DNA of 64,000 bases, taken from contig CM119377.1 of assembly GCA_051294905.1 (NCBI GenBank), positions 29,512,001 through 29,576,000 on the forward strand. Direction: 5' to 3'. The notes beneath the pieces were generated by a model. It was not told the origin of the DNA and did no database searches. It saw nothing but the letters and a program-made list of their open reading frames with translations. The DNA is from Botryllus schlosseri. Its lineage: Eukaryota. Made by a program: the position numbers and the translations under genes. This document shows positions 50,301 to 62,300 of the stretch, piece by piece (the first letter of the stretch is position 1; the number at the start of each line of letters is the position of its first letter).

Positions 50301-53300
50301 TCACGTAGGCTAAAAAACACTGCACACCAAATTTGGCTCAATTCCAACCTGCAAAAGCGAAGCTCAACTCATTAAAGAAGGAGTCACCAAAAAAATCGCT
50401 ACTCGAGTTATCGCAACCCTGGGTGAGTGGAAAAAGATTTGGAAAAAGTGCAAGCCCCACCTTTCTGAAGAGCTTGTTCTTCTAAAGACGGAATCCTGTG
50501 TTCGATGGCTTCCTCTTTGATGGTGACGCGTTTCCCAGACGACGCGCTTCTTCGTGACGCTTTATCGTCACTCCATTCCCCGAGATCACTTTCGCCACTG
50601 CGGACTGTCGGCGATTGTAGTTCTCGCGGTGCCACTACCGCTACTGGATATGAATTCGGGCCTGCTTTTTCGGAGCTGCTGTTACGCCGGAGTCTCTGAA
50701 ATATTACCAGACATGACATAGTCATAAAATCATTCTAATACAATCTTGGAGGTACAGAACTTCAATTTACAATCGAATAGCATATTGATATTGAAATAAA
50801 CCCAAATGTTTTCGGCTGACCGTCGTCGGGAGTAATCCTCAGCAAGTAGCAGAGAATTTAATAGAACTTAGTGTATAGAAATAGGCCGTTGCCTATTTTT
50901 GTATTTGCTGTGTTGCAGCATATACGCCGCCTAGGGTTGTTCAGAATTGACCGACTTTCAAAAAGTCTAGGTTTTCAGTCCGTTTCCCATGCCTTATACC
51001 TTAAAAACAAATTCTGGCTACTTTTTTTTGTAATTCATCCCCTGCATCCGTGTGCATTTTGCCGTTTTTTCATGCACCAAAAAAATTCTTCGGAATTCGG
51101 GGATTCCCCCGTTGTGAGTGACTCGAGAGCAATCGCATGTGTTCTCATTGACGTGAAGCGGATGTTCTAGCGTTGATGACGCGCTAGGCACGGCAGTGAA
51201 ATGGGGATCATTGATTACTCAGGTGTTTTGCTGCTTTGTTGTTGAAGAAGTGTGTTTACGATTGAGGTGCAGGACTTACCAGGTAGCTTTTTGGCTCATG
51301 CTGTTAGCGAGTCTAGCGCAGGATTAGTGATTATAGTATTGTAGCAGTATTGAATTATTCGATCTAATGGACCTGATACTCTTTCTTGTCTACTGGGATA
51401 GAAAACAAAGCTTGTAAATGTCTTTTCCAGTGACCGTGGAAAACAGCCAATCGGTTGCTCTGAATTTTATGTTATTTCCTAAGATAGCAATATACTGGTC
51501 GGAGTATTTCCAATTTAGGAATCATTATCTTCCAGAATCAATAACTGGATCTAATCCGACTATTCTTGCTCAAGTTGTGCAGTATGTGTTTGACCTTAGA
51601 GAACTGAAATGTTTCCAACTATTCTTTGTTGCTTGACTGAGTTGATGCATATTTATTTTTCTAGGATTAGCTCTAGTGCGAAATGTCTAAAAAAAAAGAA
51701 AATTGCCATCTAGTGATATAGTATCAAAGAAAACTAGAAGATCACGGTCGCAGACACAGCATTTCCTAGCTGGGCCATCTGAGGAAACATTACGAGATCG
51801 AAGCTGCTTACTCTTAGGAAAGTTATGCAGTATGTGTTACACCTAAGAGAGCATTCATATGCGAAAAATGAACCAGTAAAGTTACACATCCAGGACGGAG
51901 ATGAAGTACGGTAATAGGTCTTTGGTTCCTGGCTGCCACAAAGACCATCACACAAGTCAATGCCATTGAAAGATTAGAGAAAGTGTGAAAACAGAAACCA
52001 AATGGCTGTCACTAAAGGAAACTGCAGGCCAGCAATATGTATCAAGAAAACAAAGTCACTTTGAAGCCAAGTTGAGTAAGCTATGGGCATAGAGGAGCTC
52101 CTGGTGCGATGACGACAATTGAAGCAAGTACACTTCTCTCCGACGATAAGAAACATGAATACAAAACATTTTATTAGGATCAAAGGGGTCCGTGATTAGC
52201 AACTATTGGTGGCAAAGATTCAGTGTTGAAAGTGAAAACCATGCAACAAAAGAGACGGACCATGAGTGCGAGAGAGTGCACCAGCTTCAAGTAGCGAAGG
52301 TGAATTCACAGAGAGCTCATTTATATCTTCGCAGGTAGCTGACACTTCCCACAGCAGTGATTTTGAAGTGACGCAGTCGACATCGGGTCATTCCTTTAAC
52401 TTTGTGACTCTAAAAGCGCCTGTAAACCTGTTCAACGACAAAGACATATGCCAGGTTTCTGATCGCTTGAAAGTCAGCGATAATGCTGCTACCATGATAA
52501 CTGCAGCACTGATTAAAGCTTGCGATGGTGACCCTAATGACTTTCATCTTTCAAGATCTGGAACCTATCAACGACGCATTGCAAATCGTTTTAAAATTTC
52601 TGAGTCGATTGTTGAAAAAATAGCAAACGATCCACCAAAGCACATCTCATTGCACTGGAATGGAAAGCTCACTAGGAGTCGTTTAGGAGAGCAATTTGAG
52701 GCCTTGGCAGTGCTGGCATCGTCTGCGTGTTCCAACGCATTTGAGAAGGGCAAACTTCTTGGCATTCGAACTCTTGAGAGTGCTACAGGAAATTACGGGT
52801 TGATCCGTCATTTGAACTGCTGGAACTTTATTATCTAACAAAAATGTCAGAGCTATAGTGTTTGACACAACATCCTCAAACAATGGAAAAAATAAAGGTG
52901 CTGTTCTGGTACTTGAAGAATTGATAAACCGGAAAGTTTTCTACAGTGCTTGTCGCCATCATATTCATGAACTAGTCATCCGGGAGATCTGGAAGTGAAG
53001 TGAAGGCCCTGAAAACACAGATTTGGCTAAACCAAAGATTCCTGACAAAGTGAAGGAAGCGATGGCTGCTAAATTGCTGCAAATGCCAATTCTTGAACAA
53101 TTTCGCAGATGTGTACCTCTGAGTCTAATCTCTGTCTCTGAGTCAATGAGTATGGTTGATTTAATTGGACCGGAATCGTGGTGTCTATTCGATGCTATAC
53201 ATACTGAACATGATTAGTTGGGTCTTCCAGTTTTGGAATGGCATACTGATCCTCATTTTGTGACTGCTTAAGAATTTGTGAATACCGTAGTGTTGAAGTA

Positions 53301-56300
53301 GTTAAAGACGCAGCAGAGCGTTTGGTAAAATTGAATACCGACTTTGATGCTTTAAAAACAGATGACAAAGAACAGCGGGCGAGCCTCTTACAAGCAGTGG
53401 GAGATCACGGGAACAGATATGCCGATTTCTCTAAAGCAACCATTTCATCCACCTGATTTAAGTAGTATTTGCCAAGTTGATCTATTTCTTTTCCTTATTG
53501 TTTCGTTTCCTGTGAACAATGTGATGTTTAAATGTGGCTGTGAGTGAATGATACATTCACAGTTGTATTCTTGCACATGGTGATCCCGGAAATTGATTGG
53601 ACAATCTCGGGTAGGGTTGAGGAGTGTAGGATATGTGATCCAACAAAATGACTATCAGTCTCAGGCAGTTTTGAGGAGTTCTAAGGGAGTGTGGGACATG
53701 AAATGGTGTTCTGAACCGGCAATACTTTCTGTAGTAAGGTTATGTAGCACTCCAAACCGCAATAGCTGCATAAACCCAGCTTATATATGACGTTTACTAG
53801 CCTAGTCCGAATGGCGACACACAAATTTTAGGGGAATCCCCTATTTTTAGCCGATTTTCTTCCAGCTCAAAATGCACACGGATGCAAGGGATGAATTACG
53901 AAAAAAAGTAGCTAGAATATGTTTTTATGGTATAAGGCATGGGAATCGGACTGAAAACCACGACTTTTTGAAAGTCGGTCAATTCTGAACAACCCTAACG
54001 CCGCCTCATGATATACATACACACAAGATCTGTGCAAATGCATACCATGAGTGCATGATGTGCATATGTCGACAAGGAAGGTGAAGATATAACCTTGCAA
54101 GGCTTTCTAGGTCTAGCACCACCCGTCCATGCTATTCCAGTAATGTTGAGTGCCATGCGGGGGGAGCCATAGATACCAGTGTCACTTATAAGGTCTATGG
54201 TCTGACTCGGCTGGGGATTGAACCCATGTCCTACTGATCAAGATCTGGACTCTCCAGCATTACACTATCTTGTCTTGTATATAAACTGTTGATATACAAT
54301 GTTTGTTTATGTTCTGTTCCGTTACTTTTCATTTTTTTTCTTATTTACAGGTTCTAGGTCAGTGCTTGTCCACCACCGGCCGCCGAATACATTAGTTTTA
54401 TTTATCAATTCTAAATACAAGAACTAGGATACCTGTGAATTAGTTAGAAAATAAAACATCAAATTATAAATTGCTTTAAAAGTTTGTAATGTATTTTTCC
54501 GAATGTTGTCGTAAGAGAGTTCATGGTCTAGGCCAGGGGCGGGCAATCATTTTCTCCGCGGGCCAAATGAAAAGCAGAAAATGCATTCGCGGGCTGAGTA
54601 ATAAATTTGAACTAAATTCTGCAGCGTATAAATTCTATATCTTAATTGAAAGCAGTGAATTACATTGTTATTACATGCTGCTCAGTGGATGAATTGATAG
54701 CGATAGTAGGTAATGAGAAAGTGACCGTTAATTCACAAAAATAGTGTCTATTTGCCGTCATAATGCAAAACAATGTTGAACATGATATGGTTGGTCATTG
54801 GTTGACATGTTAAGACTTGGGGATTTGGAAACGTATCACACAACAATTTTTAAAGCACAGACTGTGCCATGCGCAATGTGACACTGGCAACAAAGAAGGT
54901 TTGTATTGCGGGAGTACACTGTAATAGACAACATGGTGTATTTCACGCACCATATTCGGATATAAATATGACTTTGTATTTCAATTATCCCGAGTCTTCA
55001 TAAAGGCATGTAAACCATGCTCTAGAGATTCATTTGCTAAACCTGATTGTATCAACGACTGAAATATATCTGTATGTTTTGAGTAATATCTGTGTCTTCA
55101 GAAGATCTCACCAGGAGAACAGGATTCCAGGTTAAGTAGTCAGCCAGCTAAACCTATAATACATTGGTTAGCTCTACTTCTACTCCCAGGAAACTAATAT
55201 CTCGGCACTACTAAACTATTTGGAAACGGTATCTTGTGACTTCCATTGCTACGGTATAGTTTGCTACATTGGCTTTATTTTAAATCGGATTTATGCATGC
55301 GAAATACGTAGGCTACGTCATCGCGGCACATAAAAAAACAGGCTTCAAAGAAAAGAATTTCCGGATCTGTTCACACAGCCTATGGCTTTAGTCCGCGCAT
55401 TATCATACCAAAGTAGATATTATATTTTGAATTCCAAGCCACTTTTCGCGGGCCGCACATTGCCCAGGTCTGGTATATGCAAATGTGGATGTTCGATGGA
55501 AAGATAAGTAGTATTGACAACCTCCTAACCTAACTCATTTTATCGCAAATTTGGAGTATTTTGAATCAATCAAATTATTAATGAATTGACTGACCAAATT
55601 GAATCATATATTCACATCGTGATATGCGATTGTTGATGTACAAAGTTCGTTTGAAATCTCTTCTAGTTGCTGACAATTACCCTTCATGAAAACGAAGTGG
55701 CATGTTTTGCCAGGTGAAGTCGTTATATCCGGTCGTGGTCCGGTGATCTCGAGCGCTGACTCGTTAGGGCAGACTAGCATTGTCCAGACTTTACTAGACA
55801 CAAAAGAGAGAAAAAGAGAGAAGAATGCAACTCACTCGTCGACGTCGCCTCTCTTCTGCGTCCTTTTCAGCTCGCTTCCGTTTTTTTCTCTTCATCCAAC
55901 AAGCTGCGATCACGGTTATCCCCATAGCCACTGCCACAACTCCACCCAACACAGATGCCACGATCAAAACCACGCCGGGCTGGTACGCTTCATCTTGTCG
56001 AACCATTTCGACGCCTGCGAAGCAGATAGAATCCTTGCACACTTGTACAATACCAATCTAGATGGTCGGTAGACAACTGCTTTTTTGAGTAGTTTGAATT
56101 CTAGTTCTGATGAGTGGTTCTAGTATTGGGTTTTGAAAAGAGTCTACCGGTACTTCTAGTTGCCAGTTTTGAAAAGTACTTCCAGTTCTAGTTTTAGTTC
56201 TAATTGAGATTTTTGAAAAGTGAGTAGTTCTAGTTTTAGTTCTAATTGAGAGTTTTGAAAAGTGAGTAGTTCTAGTACTATAGCAAACCATCTCTCACTG

Positions 56301-59300
56301 AATCGAATCATTAGAACTATCACTCGATCCAGATACGAGTGCTGGAATCATTGCGGTGTGCCCAACTCACAATGTGATCGATGCGTTGAACCGATATTGC
56401 GAGTGCCGCGATCCCCCGGACACGGAACGCAGCTGGCGGACCCGGATTTCTCTTGGAAGGAATGTAACGGACAGAACTCGCAGTCGCCGTCCAGCCAGTA
56501 CGACCCACGCGGACATTCCACTAAAAGAGAAGTAAAGTCTTGAAGACGAAGGATTGGAACATCTTTGACCCGTCTTTACAACACCCATAAGAAAAAAAGG
56601 GAAAGATTCAAATTTTGCTCTTTGTGACCAGAAATGGATAAGAAGAACAATTTTCAGCTTTTCCAAATTAGATTAAAATTACAATTACTGAATTCGCAGA
56701 AACTCGAACATTAATTCAATTACACATTAGACAAAAACACAACAACAATCACGGTCACTTTATATCCAATTACAGCTGATTCTCGTAGGCATGAGAATAG
56801 CAAATGCTTGCACAACACACTTGGGTCATTTCAAAGGATGCCCTTCTCCTGCAGCATTTTGAGGAAAGCCAGAAATGAAATTGGAATGAAAATGACATCA
56901 AAGAAACGCGTTCACAAATTAGATTGCAATTAGATTATCGGCATTTCACTCTAATTATTCTAATTAGACAATCAGAAGTAAATTAGATTTGCTTAGACCA
57001 CATCACGTATTTTGTAGCTTTGTACTATTAGTTTTCTTTCGGTAGGTAGTGGCTAAGGCGGTTTTTTTACCTAAAAAAAAGAAATTTTGACTTGAAACAT
57101 CAAAATTTTGACTTAAAACATCAAAATTTTGACTTTTTTGATCTAAACAAACCAAATTATGACCAAATTTTGACCTAACGTATGCAAATTAGGTGTTTTC
57201 CCACGTAATGTTAAAATTGCACCACTTATCTTCATTTCTGGTTGGAACTGACTGTCCTAACGAAGTAGTTTGACCTAAAAAACGTTTTTGGCTTAGAAAC
57301 AGGCAATTTTCTACATGTACAAAAAAATATTTTAACGAAATCGGGCCCTATGAAGAATTCCAGTGGTTACAATATGTATTATGGTAGAAATATTTAAAAA
57401 AATTTGTAGTACAACAAGAGATACTTTCCTACACTATTGGGTAGAAAGTGCATGTCGTTACTAAGAAGCTTGCCAAGAACGCTCAACAGCAGCAGTTGTA
57501 GGCTGACAACACTCAAGTGCGTAAACTGCTGGTGCTGGTGACACACCGTGTTGCTTCATTCTGAAAATGTTGTCTACGTCACAATTTTTCATCCTGCGCT
57601 TCTTAATACAAGAATGTCTACCTATTTGTTTTATTTGACCGTTTATGATTCAAGATGAGCAGACAATTAGCCGTTTAAAACGGTGGGCCTATGAAATAGG
57701 CTACAAGCTGTAAAATATCAAATGATAAGTTCACCGACAGTGCAAAATCTACGATACAAACAAAATGCAGACGTCAAAAAAATTTTGACTTTATGAAAAA
57801 TTTTGACAAATATTGACCTAACACTACAATTTTGACAAAATTTTGACAAATTTTGACATGTCAAAAAAAAGCCCTAGTAATGGCAATAAAAGAGAGTGTT
57901 GTGTGAGTCTTTTTATTGTCTCTCGATTGATGGTAATTCTTCAATTCAATAGTCCACAAATCAAAAAGCTAGACTTTTTCTTTGCATGCAGTGACGAGGA
58001 AAACAGACCATGGATCGATCCATCCTGATTTGTGATGTAAAAAGCCAAAATAATGCGGCTCAGAAAATAACGATACCAAATCCACTTACCACATCCCTCT
58101 GACACGGACTTGAACCCTTTCCTGCATAGAATAGTGACGCCACTGAGTTTGGCCTCCTCGCTGGCTTGATAGTCCTTCATGTCAGAACCTCGGGCGGACA
58201 ATTTGCCGCCCATGGCTTCGTCTAAGATGTCCGTGACGGCACGTTTTACGATACGACGCGCTTCCGGCATGGTTTTCACCTCTTCTGTACGGCCCAAGTC
58301 GACCTGGTCGGAAAAAATGTTTGATGTAACGAATAAGCCTGAGTTATAGGGTTGTTCGAATAGGTTTCTCCAAATTTTACTGGCTATTCCATAAACTTGT
58401 TAGGTCGGCTAAAAAATACGCTGCACACCAAATAATGCCTCAATTCCGACCTCTAGAAATGACGCTATTAGAGCTGGAAAATTTTGAATTTATTGAAAAT
58501 ATTCGATATTTTTTTAAATTTCACTGTCTCGGAAAAAATGTTTGATGTAACGAATAAGCCTGAGTTATAGGGTTGTTCGAATAGGTTTCTCCAAATTTTA
58601 CTGGCTATTCCATAAACTTGTTAGGTCGGCTAAAAAATACGCTGCACACCAAATAATGCCTCAATTCCGACCCCGCTATTAGAGCTGGAAAATTTTGAAT
58701 TTATTGAAAATATTCGATATTTTTTTTAATTTCACCGTCAGACTCATGAAATTGTCAAGTTGTCTACAAAAATGATGCCTAGCAAATTAGTCTCAATTCC
58801 GACCTGTAGAGCTAAGTTATTGGAGTCAGAAAATTTGAATTTACTAAAAATATTGAAAGTTTTTCTTTCATTTCTACAAAAAACGATGCATAGCGAATGT
58901 GGCTCAATATGATCCAGTAGAAGCCAAGTTATTGGAGTAAAAAACTTTGGATTTGTAGTGACAAATTCTTTATACGGAACCACCTACCGTAAATACTATC
59001 ATTTGAAATCCTAAATCTTGAACACAAATAGGTTTGTTTCTACAGGATGGAATTGTGCCAAATTTTGTATAGGCCTACATGGATTTTTATACAACTTGAC
59101 ATTTCCACGGGGTTTCCAGTCACATATGAAAAAATGTATTTACTGTTACGAAATTTATATTTTTAAACTATAATAGCTTCGCTTCTATATGTCGGAGCTG
59201 AGCCAAATTTGGTGTCCACCATTTTTAGCTAACATAACAGCTTTATTGAACAGCCTGTAAAATTGGGAGAAAAGTGATTTGTGCCAGCGAAATTTGAATT

Positions 59301-62300
59301 TTTCTTTACATTTTTTTCATTTCATTCAGAATTTTCTTCTCTAATAAATGGAGCCAAATTTGTTATGCATCGTTTTCCTACAGTATGCCCATGTTCTTGA
59401 TGCGTACAAATGGAGCATGCTCATGCTCATTGACCATTGCTCCGTGCTTACCTTTATCATAAGCTGCACGGTGGAACGCTCGATGCATTCCAGAAATAAC
59501 TTGTTTTTCGCGTCCATACAGAGTCCCAGAGTGTGTTTTCTGGTTTGGCACCTTATGGATTCTCTCAGACGCCTGGTCATGATTTGATACGTGTAATCGT
59601 AGTAAACCGACGTGGGCTGGCACGGACACACATACTCCAGCGTGACCACTTGCTGTGGATTGCCAATGTCCGGCTCTGAAAGTGGATAGGATATCTTCAT
59701 CGTCGAGATTTTCACACAAATTAGTAGGCTGCATGGAAGACAACTTCACTCTTAAAAGTGCTGCAAACTTATGCTACATATAATCGACCGTTCAAAACTT
59801 CTATTGTAAGAAGTTGATTCGCCTAAAAAAACTACTCAAGTCAAAGTAGTGTTAATGGAAGACGTGAACAGTTGGACACGTGCTTCGAGCAAGCAGAACG
59901 TACTCGAGTACGATTTAGTAGGATACTCAGATTTATCTGACTAGATGTTCCCGTGCATAGAATCAGAAGCCTTCATTCATTCCATACAACTATCCACTCC
60001 ATCTTTTATACATGCCTTTATACTCTTTCCATTTTATCGACCTCATATACACCGCCTTAGTGTAGGGATGTTATATTACTATATTCGGCGCTGTCCCAGT
60101 CAAATTTCGAAAATTTAGTAATAGAGTCAAATTTTTATTTCCATGCAATCCATGGAGAGGTCAGATTACAGAATTGCGGTAGATGAAGAATCGGCTAAGG
60201 TTCTAGAAGTCAAGATGACGACTATTACTATTACCGTAATTTTCCACGTATGATGCGCAAAATTTTACCGATTTTTCTGTCCTAAAATCGGTGTGTGTGT
60301 GTATTATGCATGGGTACAACAAGCTTGAAAAAAACTCCCCCGCAATAGAACTTGAAATCACACCTTTCTTCGTGTTTGTTTTAATCGCGCATCACATTCA
60401 GCCATCATGCCCAGTAATTCACATTATCAGTGTTACGCGCTACCAATTGGCGAGAAGCATGTTGCCAACTAGTGTCTGCGCTGCGCAACGATCTCCTGCT
60501 GAGTTGGCTTGCCATTTGTAGTCGAGCGAAATTTGGTCATCGGTTGTTGCAAACGCGCGTGGCAATCCTCGCTCATTCATTGCGCAACAACAGGCCTTAA
60601 CAATCGCATATACGACACGCCACGTGCGCAAGATGTAATCGCTGTCCTAAACAGTTGCATCTCCAACAGGCCTGGTGCGCGCACGACATCATCGTTGGCC
60701 TGAGCAATGGCGTTTGCAATAGGCCTCGTGCGCCAGACGTCGGTGGCCTGAATTATTGCGTCTCGGGCCTCGCAGGCTTTGGCTTCTATCTAATATCGTT
60801 TAGAGACAATGCGGCTAAGTGTATAATGATTAGCGATCGCTATGTCACGATTGTTCAACAGTGACATCGCAAAATAGAATGACATTGAATCCTAAAACAT
60901 AACTATTCATGTACTGCAAATGCAGGGTACATGCTTTTTCCCAGACTTTACACACCATTTTAACGGTGGGTATTATACATGTGGCGTACTATATTTGGAA
61001 AATTTCGGTGCTTCTTTACTGACCATCTATGTTAAGAAATGCAATGTGTTGCAAAGTAACAAAACATCCGACTGCTGATGAAAGAACCCCATCCTGACTC
61101 ACTCTTGCACACATTCTCATCCAGAAACGGCAACCAATCGATGGTGACGTCGCGCAAATCCGATCTGCATCTGATGGCGGGATTCTTCAAGGACGATTCG
61201 TAGCCAGGACTGCAATCCACCTGGCACACTTGGTCCTCCGTCTCGGGATCCGAATAGCAGGTCAGGTAGCTGTTGGGAGGCACCCAAGGACTGCCGCATC
61301 TTGTGTCTGGAAAGTGCGGAAAAGAAAGGGTTATTGTCTTGCGTACGATGAAGAAAAGTGAAACAAACATCTTGCTCCTAGAATTTGGCAATCAGAATAC
61401 TTTAGCATTTCCAAATCGGATTAGAATTGGAATGATTGGAATGATAGCTGTTGTTTCCAAGTCAGATTAGAATTAAAATGATAGCTGTTTTTTCCTATTT
61501 AGATTAGAATTAAAATGATAGCTACACTGTCTCTTTCCAAATAAGATTAGAATTACAATGATGGCTACACTGTTTCCAAATTAGATTAGAATTAGAATGA
61601 TAGCTGTTTTTGCCTATTTAGATTAGAATTAAAATGATAGCTACACTGTCTCTTTCCAAATAAGATTAGAATTACAATGATGGCAACACCGTTTCCAAAT
61701 TAGATTAGAATTAGAATGATAGCTGTTTTTGCCTATTTAGATTAGAATTAAAATGATAGCTACACTGTCTCTTTCCAAATAAGATTAGAATTACAATGAT
61801 GGCTACACTGTTTCCAAATTAGATTAGAATTAGAATGATAGCTGTTTTTGCCTATTTAGATTAGAATTAAAATGATAGCTACACTGTCTCTTTCCAAATA
61901 AGATTAGAATTACAATGATGGCAACACCGTTTCCAAATTAGATTAGAATTAGAATGATAGCTGTTTTTGCCTATTTAGATTAGAATTAAAATGATAGCTA
62001 CACTGTCTCTTTCCAAATAAGATTAGAATTACAATGATGGCTACACTGTTTCCAAATTAGATTAGAATTAGAATGATAGCTGTTTTTGCCTATTTAGATT
62101 AGAATTACAATGACAGCTACACTGTTTCTTTCCTAATTAGATTAGAACTAAAATGATAGCTGTTAGTTTCCAACTTAGATTAGAATTAGAGTGATAGCTA
62201 CACTGTTTGTTTCCAACTTAGATGAGAATTACCATGATAGTTGTTTGTTTCCAAACTGGATTAAAATTTAAAATTAAAATGATAGCTACACTGTCTCTTT

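Noticed and set aside
59378-59749. 123-aa ORF overlapping exon 59675-59452 in another frame
   Set aside because: Its frame is incompatible with the flanking exon phases. The Cys-containing frame fits both splice junctions.
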